A stretch of DNA of 37,822 bases from Granulosicoccaceae bacterium. GTDB lineage: Bacteria; Pseudomonadota; Gammaproteobacteria; AKS1. Positions 17,039 through 27,270 of this stretch are shown here, piece after piece. The notes beneath the pieces were generated by a model. That model was not told where the DNA came from. It saw only the letters and a program-made list of their open reading frames with translations, and made no database searches. Made by a program: the position numbers and the translations under genes. The first letter of the stretch is position 1. Each line of letters starts with the position of its first letter. The stretch covers positions 1 through 37,822 of the forward strand of contig JASFME010000001.1 of NCBI GenBank assembly GCA_050117725.1, written 5' to 3'.

Positions 17039-18979
17039 ATGACCGTTTACCGACTTTGTTTCGCGAGTGTACTTGCCCTCATGCTGGGCCTGCTCAGCGC
17101 CTGCGCGGGGCGCGAACCCGCGCTGGTTACCGTCCTGCGCCCCGAGCCGGCGCAACCTCAGTTAAACCAGGCCGAGCAATACGAGGCCGCGGGCAACTGG
17201 CTGGCGGCCGCGCACAGCTGGCGCGAACTGGCCAGCAGCCAGGACTCACCGCAACGCGAAGACAGCCAGTTACGCGCGCTTGAACTGTTGTTGCGGACCG
17301 GCGCCCTCGACGAGGCCCGGCAACTGATCGGCACGATTCAGCCAGCCCAGACCGGGCAACAACTGCGTCTGCGCCTGGCACTCGCCGAACTGGCACTGGC
17401 ACGGCAGCAACCGGATGAAGCCCTCGATCTGCTGCAGGCACTCACAATCACAGAACCGGCCCAGCGCATCCGGCTTATGCAATTACGCGCCGATGCCTAC
17501 CGCCAGACCGGGCAATACCTTGAAGCCGCGCAACAACGTATCACGCTTGATCCACTGCTCGATGCGGCACAACGCGAGCAAAACCATTTTGCGATCTGGG
17601 AGGCGCTGAACAGGCTCAGCGTCACCAGGCTTGACGCGTTACTGCCGACAGCCACTGACTTCGTCCTGCGTGGCTGGCTGGAACTGGCCAGTCTGAGCAA
17701 AACGTCCACGATCGGTGGCGGGGAGCAGCGTCCGCAACTTGCCACCTGGCAGCAACGCTACCCGCAACACCCCGCCAGCCAGACCCTGCTGCTGACGCTA
17801 CGAGAACTCGAACAGAGACCCTTGCTACAGGCCGGGCAGATCGCGCTGTTGTTACCGCTGGAAGGTAAATTTCGTGAAGCCGCGCGCGCCGTGCGTGACG
17901 GTTTTTTCGCCGCCTATTATGCCGGCCCGCAGCATGCACAAAACCGCATACGCGTGTACCCCACCCGTCCGGATAACGTCAACCAACGCTATGAGCAGGC
18001 GATGCGCGACGGTGCCGGCATTGTGGTCGGGCCGCTCAACAAGGATGCCCTGCTCAACCTGCTGACCCGGCCGCAGTTCCCGGTACCGGTACTGGCACTT
18101 AACGACATCCCCGGTTATGACACGCCGACCAACCTGTATCTGTTTGCCCTGTCGCCGGAAGATGAGGCCCGTCAGGTTGCCGAACACATCTGGCTGAATG
18201 GCCACAGCCGCGGCGTTGCCCTGTACCCGCAGGGGGCCTGGGGCAAACGGCTTTTCGATGCCTTCCAGCAACGCTGGCAACAACTTGGCGGGGAACTCAT
18301 CGATGGCGTTGCCTATGACAGTGCGGGCAAGGACTTTGCCGGCCCCGTGCGCACGTTGCTGGCTATCGACGAAAGCCGCCAACGCCACCGTCGCATCGAA
18401 AACACCATGGTGCAGAAACTCAAGTTCGAGATGCGCCGGCGCCAGGATATCGATTTTGTGTTCTTCGCTGCCAACCCGACCCATGCCCGCCAGCTGCGCC
18501 CCCAGTTTGATTTCTACAACGCCGCCGGCCTGCCCCTGTACACGACCTCGCATGTGTATACGGGCAAACCCGATCGCCGCGCCGACCGCGACATGAATGG
18601 CGTTGTCTTTGGCGATATGCCCTGGACATTAAAGGCCGGCACGCCGCTGCGGCAACGCGTGCAAAACCTGTGGGCGGACCAGCGCCATGCCTATACCCGC
18701 CTGTTTGCGTTCGGCATCGATGCCTACCGCTTGTTACCGCAACTGCAACGACTCGCGCAATATCCCTTCACCCGCCTGACCGGGGCCACCGGCAGCCTGC
18801 GTATCGATGAGACCGCGCGCGTGCGGCGTGAATTGAGCTGGGCGGAATTCCGCGCCGGCACGCCGCAACTGGTGACACCGCAGGCAGTCCTGCCCGGTGA
18901 CAATGCTGACACACCGGCCAGCCAACCCGCCGAGCCGGCAACGCCGTTGCGGGTTGAACCGGTTAATGGCAGCGGCTGA
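17039..18979 (+). CDS. lpoA: Penicillin-binding protein activator LpoA (YraM) lipoprotein
   Basis: ~646 aa from ATG 17039, with lipoprotein signal MTVYRLCFASVLALMLGLLSAC. It has an N-terminal TPR-like region and a C-terminal periplasmic-binding-protein-like domain. Divergent from rsmI and followed by yraN, as in E. coli. Confidence 0.85.
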   Translation: MTVYRLCFASVLALMLGLLSACAGREPALVTVLRPEPAQPQLNQAEQYEAAGNWLAAAHSWRELASSQDSPQREDSQLRALELLLRTGALDEARQLIGTIQPAQTGQQLRLRLALAELALARQQPDEALDLLQALTITEPAQRIRLMQLRADAYRQTGQYLEAAQQRITLDPLLDAAQREQNHFAIWEALNRLSVTRLDALLPTATDFVLRGWLELASLSKTSTIGGGEQRPQLATWQQRYPQHPASQTLLLTLRELEQRPLLQAGQIALLLPLEGKFREAARAVRDGFFAAYYAGPQHAQNRIRVYPTRPDNVNQRYEQAMRDGAGIVVGPLNKDALLNLLTRPQFPVPVLALNDIPGYDTPTNLYLFALSPEDEARQVAEHIWLNGHSRGVALYPQGAWGKRLFDAFQQRWQQLGGELIDGVAYDSAGKDFAGPVRTLLAIDESRQRHRRIENTMVQKLKFEMRRRQDIDFVFFAANPTHARQLRPQFDFYNAAGLPLYTTSHVYTGKPDRRADRDMNGVVFGDMPWTLKAGTPLRQRVQNLWADQRHAYTRLFAFGIDAYRLLPQLQRLAQYPFTRLTGATGSLRIDETARVRRELSWAEFRAGTPQLVTPQAVLPGDNADTPASQPAEPATPLRVEPVNGSG

Positions 18980-18994
18980 AGGGGTGCCGCTGGC

Positions 18995-19354
18995 ATGGAT
19001 GCCCGACACAGACATGGCCGCGCTGCTGAACAGGCCGCCTGCGATTACCTGCAGGCGCAGGGCCTGCAACTTGTCGCCCGCAACGTCCGCCTGCGTGGTG
19101 GCGAACTCGACCTCGTCATGCGCGAAGGTGACAGTCTCGTGTTCGTCGAGGTACGCTATCGACGTCGGAACCGCTATGGCTCGGCGGCAGAAAGTGTTGA
19201 TCGGCGCAAACAACAGCGCCTGATCACCGCCGCCCATCGCTACCTGCAGCAACATGATCCGGCGCAGCAGTATGCAGCGCGCTTCGATGTCGTTACCATG
19301 CGCGATGCCGAGGGTGAAACACTTGAATGGCACCGTAATGCCTTCGAGGCATAG
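18995..19354 (+). CDS. yraN: UPF0102 / YraN family endonuclease-like protein
   Basis: 119 aa with the typical YraN pattern (GRAAEQAACDYLQAQGLQLVARNVRLRGGELDLVM...VFVEVRYR). Conserved position after lpoA. Confidence 0.9.
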   Translation: MDARHRHGRAAEQAACDYLQAQGLQLVARNVRLRGGELDLVMREGDSLVFVEVRYRRRNRYGSAAESVDRRKQQRLITAAHRYLQQHDPAQQYAARFDVVTMRDAEGETLEWHRNAFEA

Positions 19355-19371
19355 CCCACAGACATTTTTGA

Positions 19372-20559
<1,188 letters not shown>

Positions 20560-20576
<17 letters not shown>

Positions 20577-21957
20577 TCTGCCGACCGGTTTCCTCGACAG
20601 TCTCGCGCAGATCGTCAATGCCGACGATCTGCTCACTGAAGTTTCCGAGTGCTGGGCCTACGGTTACGATAACAGCCGCCGGCATGCGCCGCCGGCTGCC
20701 GTCGTGTTTGCGCGCACCCACGAACAGGTTGCCGCGATCGTCAGGCTTTGCCATGCACGGCATATTGCGATCGTCGCCCGCGGCCGCGGTACCGGCACAA
20801 CCGGTGCGACCGTGCCGCTCAACGGCGCAATCGTGTTGTCGCTCGAACGCATGAACAGCATCATCGAGGTCGATCCCGACAACCGTATGATTCGGGTAGA
20901 ACCGGGCGTTACCAATGCCGAGGTACAACAGGCCGCCGCCAAACACGGTTTTTTCTGGCCGCCTGATCCGACCAGCGCGGCCGTCTGCACAATAGGTGGC
21001 AACCTCGCTTACAACTCGGCGGGGCCACGCGCGGTCAGATACGGCACGCCACGCGACAACACGCTCAGCCTTAAAGCTGTTACCGGCACGGGCGAGACCC
21101 TCATGACCGGTACACGCACGACGAAGGGCGTGGTCGGTTACGATCTGACGCGCCTCTTGATCGGTTCGGAAGGCACACTCGCGATCATCACCGAGGCGAG
21201 CCTGAAACTGACACCGCTGGCCGAGGCCAAACGCACCATGCAGGCTATCTACCGTGATATCGACAGTGCGGCACGCGCCGTGTCGGCAATCATGGCGCAA
21301 CCGGTCACGCCCTGTGCGCTCGAATTCATCGACCACAACGCGATCGACATGATCCGTCACTATTCGGAAGCCACCCTGCCTGAACATGCCGGCGCCTTGC
21401 TAATGATCGAGGTCGATGGTCCCGAAAGCGCCATGCAAGACAGTATTGCCCACATCGAACAGGCAGCGAACAATGATGGTCTGGTCGAATTCAAGGTTGC
21501 CTGGACGACAGCCGAGGTCCAGGCCCTGTGGGCTACGCGCAAGGCGCTTTCACCAGCATTGCGGAACATCGCGCCGAAGAAGATCAATGAAGATGTGGTC
21601 GTGCCGGTGTCACGCCTGCCCGAGTTGATTAACGGTCTGGATAAACTTGCCAGCCGGTATGACATCAAGATCGTGAATTTCGGTCATGCCGGAAATGGCA
21701 ATATCCATGTCAACCTGCTCATCGATCCGGACGACCCGCGCCAGCGCGATGCGGCCGGGCAGTGCCTCGACGGTGTATTTTCACTGGTACTTGAACTTGA
21801 CGGTACTCTGTCCGGTGAACACGGTGTGGGCCTGGAGAAACGGGATTTTGTGGGTCGCGAACTGGACAGCGTGTCACTCGGCCTCATGCGCGCCATCAAG
21901 CAACAGTTCGATCCCAACGGTATTTTAAACCCTGGCAAGAGCCTGCCGAACATCTAG
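20560..21957 (+). CDS. FAD-linked oxidase, GlcD / D-2-hydroxyacid dehydrogenase family
   Basis: 465 aa with a PCMH-type FAD-binding domain (ARGRGTGTTGATVP, RVEPGVTNAEV) and C-terminal SGEHGVGLEKR. There is no ATG near the N-terminus, so the start is TTG 20560, overlapping dolP by 17 nt. No glcE/glcF partner genes are present. Confidence 0.88.
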
Positions 21958-21963
21958 CGCTTG

Positions 21964-22872
21964 CTACTGCGCCTCTACCTTGTTATTTCCTTCATGGAAG
22001 ATTTTCAGGGACGAGCGAAGACTCTCTTTTTCAGGGATCCCCTCTTTCATATCGAGCAGCTGGCCATCTTTATAGAACAGCAGGGTTGGCACACCGAGAA
22101 TCTGCCGTTCCAGTTCAGGCATCACCGTGACAAGCCGCAGAATGTTGTTGGTAGATTCACCGATATCAATAAAAAGGTAGAACAATGGCTCGTCATGCTG
22201 CGCGAGCACATCACTGACGATCTTCTCCGCCTCGCGACAGGGAGCACACCATGACTGCGAGGAAGATATATTGATCAGCACCGGAGTTTTTGCATTGACA
22301 ACGTACCTTTCGTAAGCAAATTTATTGAACTTTGCCACATCAACCCGCCCTTTTTTAACCTGCTCCGTTGGCTGCGGGGGCTTGCTGGCGTTCTTCCCGG
22401 GGATGCCAGGCTTGCGGTTCAAGGTTGACTTGATATAGTTCTGCAGGTTGGCAGCCGTTGTCATATGCATACCTGATGCCGACACCACGCGCTCGCCATC
22501 GCGGAACATAATAAAATAGGGTACACCCTTGATAGCGTATTGTCCGGCCAGTGGCATATGATAGATGATGTTTACTGTGGCGAACCTGGCGCGACCTGCA
22601 AACCCGGGAGCAACACTGTGCAATAATTTTTCTACGTTGGCGCATGCCGGGCACCTGTCTTGCGGTGCAGTGAACAGGACATATAGTGGCAACTCGCTCG
22701 TTTCCACGACCTCTTCGAACGTTTTCACACCAAGAATTTTTTCAACAATCGCCGGATCCGGCCCCGTTGCTGCTGCTTCGACAGCATTAACCTGCGCAGC
22801 ACAAACAGACAGGAGAAGAAAAGCCAATATGGGTTTGAAGCTCTGATTGTAGTAACGAAGTAACATATGCAT
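21964..22872 (-). CDS. Secreted protein with two tandem thioredoxin-fold domains
   Basis: 302 aa with a Sec-type signal peptide (ILAFLLLSVCAAQVNA). Domain 1 carries the active-site-like DRCPAC motif and domain 2 carries SWCAPC. Each is followed by a GVP(Y/T) cis-Pro-like element. Low G+C. Confidence 0.85.
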   Translation of the reverse strand: MHMLLRYYNQSFKPILAFLLLSVCAAQVNAVEAAATGPDPAIVEKILGVKTFEEVVETSELPLYVLFTAPQDRCPACANVEKLLHSVAPGFAGRARFATVNIIYHMPLAGQYAIKGVPYFIMFRDGERVVSASGMHMTTAANLQNYIKSTLNRKPGIPGKNASKPPQPTEQVKKGRVDVAKFNKFAYERYVVNAKTPVLINISSSQSWCAPCREAEKIVSDVLAQHDEPLFYLFIDIGESTNNILRLVTVMPELERQILGVPTLLFYKDGQLLDMKEGIPEKESLRSSLKIFHEGNNKVEAQ

Positions 22873-23099
22873 TCTTCAAGGGTGAGTGATTCGGGTTTCA
22901 AACCAGACATTAAGCCGTAACCTGTCAAGGCAGTAGTGCAAGAAAAACGCTATGGATATGCCTGGCGTATTCTATCCATTTATAAATATTGGCTCCCTGT
23001 TCTTTTTTACGGGAAAATCAATCGGGTCAGGCCCGACAGATTTCGCCAGAGTCAGGTGCCCGCCGGATCTCATATGTTTCTTCCGTGCGGCAATGATTG

Positions 23100-24791
23100 T
23101 CAGAGCATCTTTCTGGCCTTATCCAGAGCATCGTCCATCGTCCTGGAAAAATGGATTTTTCCTATTCTGGTTCGCAACCCCGCGCGCCTGAGTTTCAGAA
23201 TCATACGTGGTTCCAGGTTATTTATCACAAGACCCACACCATTGATGGCAAGATCCCTGATAATGGATTCCATTGCCACGATAGCGCTCATGTCAATCAT
23301 GGTAACTTCGGACATATCAAATACCACAACACGAACATCCGGGGTAATACTGGTGATATTATGCATTGCCTTCTGTGCCGAACCGAAAAACAGGGGACCA
23401 TTGATGTCATAAATCGCGATCTCTTTCGGAAGATCGGTATCATGTTCATGCTCCATGTGAACAAACTTGCTCTCTGTCAGCTTGATGCTTCTGCGTATAA
23501 AAAGAACTGCTGCAAGTCCCATACCCACGGCAACCGCAATGGTCATATCGAAAATGATAGTGAGAAAGAAACAGGTCAGTAATGCCAGGATGTCATCTCG
23601 CGGAGCAATTTTCATGACACGCACAAAATGTTTTGCTTCACTCATATTCCATGCCACCATGAGCAACAGTGCGGCCATAGAGGCCATCGGAATATAGGCG
23701 AGCAAAGGAGTAAGGGAAAGCATCGCGATAAGGATAAAAAGGCTGTGCACCACCGAGGAAAGCGGCGAAGTACCTCCGGCCCTTATGTTCGCCGCAGTTC
23801 TGGCGATGGCGGCTGTCGCAGGAATACCTCCGAACAGGGGAACAACCATATTACCAAGACCCTGACCGACAAGTTCATCATTAGGGTTGTGTTTTTTCCC
23901 CGACATGCCGTCACCTATGACGGCACACAACAGTGATTCGAGCGAGCCCAGTACGGCTATCGTGATAGCTGACGCAAGTAATGTATTTACCAACCCGAAA
24001 CTGATACCAATCGGCTCACCATCAGCGCCCGGCAAGTTCCACGGCCATTCAAAGGACGGCAGAACAGGAGGAATACCGCTTCCCATAATGCCATCGATTT
24101 CATAGTGGAAGCGGCTGCCAATGGTGGCCACGGAAAAATCATTACTGATCAGCCCCAGACTCCAGGCGAGGATCGAACCCACCAACAGTGCAACGAGATG
24201 CCCCGGAATTCTCGAATGCAGCCGGGACCAGGCAATCAATATGCCCAGGGTAATGGCACCAATCAGCGTTTCCTGAAAATTGATTGTTGACAAGGACTGC
24301 AGTATTAAAAGCAGCTTATCGACAAAGTGACCACCTGCCAGTTCAATATTCAGGCCAAGAAAGTCTTTTATCTGCAAGCCCGCAATGACAACCCCGATAC
24401 CGGCGGTAAAACCCACGGTGACCGGATAAGGCACAATTTCAATAAACCGTCCAAGCCGGGCGATACCCATAACGAAAAGAATAATACCCGCCATAAACCC
24501 GCTGACCAGTAAGCCACCAAGTCCGTATTGATGCACGATCGGTAACAACACGACGACAAAGGCCGCAGTGGGGCCGGAGATATTAACCTTAGACCCTCCC
24601 GTCAGACTGACCACGATACCCGCAAAAATTGCGGTGTACAGGCCATGCTGGGGAGGGACGCCACTGGCGATTGCCAGCGCCATGGAAAGCGGCAGCGCAA
24701 TAACCCCAACAGTTAAACCCGCCATTAAATTCGATTGAAAGCTTGCCAGCGAGCGTTCAGTTTTTAGTGATTTTCTTAATGCTGAAAACAT
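23100..24791 (-). CDS. dauA: SulP-family anion transporter with C-terminal STAS domain (DauA/YchM-like)
   Basis: 563 aa from ATG 24791. Collinear with E. coli DauA as I remember it (LMAGLTVGVIALPLSMALAIASGVPPQHGLYTA...GGSKVNISGPTAAFVVV...). The track ORF starts 27 codons further upstream and would overlap the cytochrome gene. Confidence 0.88.
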   Translation of the reverse strand: MFSALRKSLKTERSLASFQSNLMAGLTVGVIALPLSMALAIASGVPPQHGLYTAIFAGIVVSLTGGSKVNISGPTAAFVVVLLPIVHQYGLGGLLVSGFMAGIILFVMGIARLGRFIEIVPYPVTVGFTAGIGVVIAGLQIKDFLGLNIELAGGHFVDKLLLILQSLSTINFQETLIGAITLGILIAWSRLHSRIPGHLVALLVGSILAWSLGLISNDFSVATIGSRFHYEIDGIMGSGIPPVLPSFEWPWNLPGADGEPIGISFGLVNTLLASAITIAVLGSLESLLCAVIGDGMSGKKHNPNDELVGQGLGNMVVPLFGGIPATAAIARTAANIRAGGTSPLSSVVHSLFILIAMLSLTPLLAYIPMASMAALLLMVAWNMSEAKHFVRVMKIAPRDDILALLTCFFLTIIFDMTIAVAVGMGLAAVLFIRRSIKLTESKFVHMEHEHDTDLPKEIAIYDINGPLFFGSAQKAMHNITSITPDVRVVVFDMSEVTMIDMSAIVAMESIIRDLAINGVGLVINNLEPRMILKLRRAGLRTRIGKIHFSRTMDDALDKARKML

Positions 24792-24835
24792 CAGAATTAT
24801 TGCTCTCCGAACCTGTTTATTCAGGCAAGTTATCG

Positions 24836-25267
24836 TTACCTGATACGATAACCTGAGTGGCAGGCAACGCATGCAGATGTAACCTCGGAAAGTATTCTGT
24901 ATGACTCCGGCAATTCACCTTCCTGGACTTTTACAGCAAATCGACTTGCCGCTTTATGCATACCTGTGCCCGCCTGACGCATCCCCTCGGGCATGAATTT
25001 TGACATATGGCTTGCCCCATGCGACTCAAGCGAACTCATGCCCAGGCGATACTCGGCTATCTCTGCGGCCTCATCCAGTTCACCACTACTCATACTGATC
25101 AGAATTTCATTAACCGCCGCCAAATGATCACGCATATTTGCCAACATGTGTTGCTGCATCATTTCTGGCAGTTCAACCAGTTGCCTGCCATCATCGTCAG
25201 CGACCGATGTCGTGCTTACTGGCATCAACAGAATTACAGCTGCTAACAGTTTTGGTTTTTTGATCAT
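24836..25267 (-). CDS. Periplasmic class II c-type cytochrome (cytochrome c'/c556-like four-helix bundle)
   Basis: 143 aa with signal peptide MIKKPKLLAAVILLMPVSTTSVA. Its only two Cys residues form CVACH, 7 residues from the C-terminus, which is the class II layout. Predicted helical. 12 Met by my count. Confidence 0.7.
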   Translation of the reverse strand: MIKKPKLLAAVILLMPVSTTSVADDDGRQLVELPEMMQQHMLANMRDHLAAVNEILISMSSGELDEAAEIAEYRLGMSSLESHGASHMSKFMPEGMRQAGTGMHKAASRFAVKVQEGELPESYRILSEVTSACVACHSGYRIR

Positions 25268-25462
25268 TTCGGTTCTCTATATTGTTATGTTTCCTGACAA
25301 TCGAGCCATCCACAGCAACAGGAATAATACGATACTTTACTCTTGCCTTGAATATTCGCCATCATTTTTCACGCCCCTATACCTCTGAAAACACCGGCAG
25401 GCAACCCGAATAAAAAGCAAGGCATCAGACTGTCTGTATAACTATGCTTTAGTAGATTTATT

Positions 25463-25924
25463 TTATTCATTCTTTATATATGCAGTACAAAAAGGACATC
25501 TTGTTGCCTTGATAGATATTGATGAAAAACAATGGGGGCATTCTTTTGTTTTTGCCGGATCTGCCGTCACTTCTTGTGGTCGTCTTATTCTGTTTATCGC
25601 GCGAATTATAAAAAACAGGACTGCGGCTACAATTATAAAACTAATGGCCGAATTGATAAACAAACCGATATTTATTGTGATTGCATTATCTGCCTGCGCC
25701 TGCGCTATAGAAGTATATGGACCGCCTTTATCACCTTCTCTCAGCGTAAAAAACCAATTGCCAAAATTTACACCTGTGGTGAACATTGCCAATACCGGGG
25801 TGAATATATCTTTAACCATCGAATTAACTATTGAAGTAAATGCTGCTCCAATAACAATCCCGACACCCATATCGACCACATCACCCTTAACAGCGAACTC
25901 TTTAAATTCATTCAGTAATTTCAT
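25463..25924 (-). CDS. mscL: Large-conductance mechanosensitive channel MscL with C-terminal CxxC-x10-CxxC zinc-ribbon tail
   Basis: MKLLNEFKEFAVKGDVVDMGVGIVIGAAF... is collinear with E. coli MscL through TM2 and the basic linker. The tail is KECPHCFSSISIKATRCPFCTAYIKNE. I prefer ATG 25924 (GGTGGA upstream); the track start GTG 25936 is possible. Confidence 0.92.
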   Translation of the reverse strand: MKLLNEFKEFAVKGDVVDMGVGIVIGAAFTSIVNSMVKDIFTPVLAMFTTGVNFGNWFFTLREGDKGGPYTSIAQAQADNAITINIGLFINSAISFIIVAAVLFFIIRAINRIRRPQEVTADPAKTKECPHCFSSISIKATRCPFCTAYIKNE

Positions 25925-25977
25925 AACCATTTCCACCTGATTTTCAGGATACGGGGCGCAAACACATCCATTATATT

Positions 25978-26469
25978 CTATACCGATAGAAAGGCCGCGT
26001 AGCGATCAAAATCTTCCTCACTGAAGCAACACGGAATAATCAAGTCAAACCTGTCTTCATATTCCCGCATGATCTTGATCGCGATTGCCGCGGCCTGTTG
26101 TTTTGGATAGCCGTACACGCCCGTGCTGATCGAGGGGAAGGCGATACTCTTTACTCCGTGTTCCAGCGCGACTTCAAAGCTGCGCCGGTAACAGGAAGCG
26201 AGCAGTTCCGCCTCATCCTGGTCACCGCCGTGCCAGACCGGACCGACCGTGTGAATGATGTATTTGGCCGGCAGGTTAAAGCCGGGCGTGATCTTCGCAT
26301 CCCCCGTGGAGCAACCGTTCAGGTTACTGCAATAACTGAGCAGTTCCGGGCCGGCGGCGCGGTGTATCGCGCCGTCCACACCACCACCGCCAAGCAGGCT
26401 GTTGTTGGCCGCATTGACGATCGCATCGACTTTTAGTGTCGTTATGTCCGCCTGTTGTGGTTTAATCAT
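25978..26469 (-). CDS. Macro domain protein (O-acetyl-ADP-ribose deacetylase, YmdB-like)
   Basis: 163 aa with macrodomain motifs [26 protein letters not shown] and [14 protein letters not shown]. Confidence 0.9.
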   Translation of the reverse strand: MIKPQQADITTLKVDAIVNAANNSLLGGGGVDGAIHRAAGPELLSYCSNLNGCSTGDAKITPGFNLPAKYIIHTVGPVWHGGDQDEAELLASCYRRSFEVALEHGVKSIAFPSISTGVYGYPKQQAAAIAIKIMREYEDRFDLIIPCCFSEEDFDRYAAFLSV

Positions 26470-26539
26470 GTCAGGCTCCCTTGCTCACCGGGCAACAGGC
26501 ACAGGCTAACCGATTTAACACAGGCTTGCATCTCATCAC

Positions 26540-26863
26540 ATGAATGGATTGATTCTTCTCGCGCTACTCATTACCGGCGTCTGGTTCTGGCTGGACAGCC
26601 GCCGTGCGCACGAATTCGCGCTCGGCGTGTGCCGACATATCTGCGAAACGGAACAGGTCGTGTTACTTGATCAAACTGTCGCCCTGCACCGCTTGAAACT
26701 GGCACGCGGAGAAAGTGGCTGGATACAGTTTGTCCGGACTTACCGCTTTGAATTCAGCAATGATGTAAGTGAACGCCACACGGGTGAACTGACCCTGCGC
26801 GGCACGACGCCGCTAACATTGAAATTGTATGGCCAGGAAATGACGCTCGTCGATCCTGACTGA
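26540..26863 (+). CDS. DUF3301-family small membrane-anchored protein
   Basis: 107 aa with an N-terminal TM helix, then the pattern ...A..FAL..C......VLLD.TVAL..L......G.....R.Y.FEF, which I associate with proteobacterial DUF3301. The family assignment is from memory. Confidence 0.7.
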   Translation: MNGLILLALLITGVWFWLDSRRAHEFALGVCRHICETEQVVLLDQTVALHRLKLARGESGWIQFVRTYRFEFSNDVSERHTGELTLRGTTPLTLKLYGQEMTLVDPD

Positions 26864-26868
26864 GGCGT

Positions 26869-27255
26869 TTATTTAACGAGTTTCAGCGAAGGTTTGCCCT
26901 TGCCGTTTTCCGGGCCCCCGCCTTCAGGCGGGGTTGGTTCACTGCCGGTTTCTTCGGCGAACATCATACCCTGGCCATTTTCGCGAGCATAGATCGCGAG
27001 TACCGCGTCAATGGGAACGTCGACGGCCGTGTCGACACCGCCAAAGCGTGCGTGGAACTGTACCGCGTCATTACCGAGCAACAGGTCCTGAGTGGCGGTC
27101 GGGCTGACGTTGAGCACGATCCTGCCCTCTTCAACAAACTGCAACGGCACGCTGACATCTTCCAGCGTCGCATCCACCAGCAGGTGCGGGGTCAGCTGGT
27201 TATCGACGATCCACTCATACAGGGCACGGATAAGATAGGGTCGGCTCGGCGTCAT
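26869..27255 (-). CDS. sspB: Stringent starvation protein B (ClpXP adaptor)
   Basis: 128 aa. The N-terminus MTPSRPYLIRALYEWIVDNQLTPHLLVDA matches SspB, and the tail is flexible and acidic/Gly-rich, ending KPSLKLVK. Confidence 0.93.
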   Translation of the reverse strand: MTPSRPYLIRALYEWIVDNQLTPHLLVDATLEDVSVPLQFVEEGRIVLNVSPTATQDLLLGNDAVQFHARFGGVDTAVDVPIDAVLAIYARENGQGMMFAEETGSEPTPPEGGGPENGKGKPSLKLVK

Positions 27256-27270
27256 GGTTATTCCGGGTAT

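Noticed and set aside
23010-23036. Possible terminator after the SulP gene (minus strand TCGGG-cctga-CCCGA followed by TTGATTTTCCC).
   Set aside because: The stem is only 5 bp and the U-run is interrupted. This is not strong enough to report as a feature.
22936-23582. Two plus-strand ORFs (158 and 161 aa) in the low-G+C block, where chance ORFs should be rarer. I wondered whether a hidden gene lies antisense to the STAS domain of the SulP transporter.
   Set aside because: The products are His/Asn/Ile-rich nonsense with no start context. The minus-strand frame is collinear with DauA through the STAS domain. Both ORFs also overlap each other in different frames.
25978-26469. Macrodomain protein as a possible DarG-like antitoxin or anti-ADP-ribosylation defence component.
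   Set aside because: It is a stand-alone 163-aa YmdB-like macrodomain with no C-terminal DarT-binding extension. No DarT/ART-like toxin gene is adjacent: the neighbours are mscL and DUF3301. The most economical reading is a housekeeping O-acetyl-ADP-ribose deacetylase.
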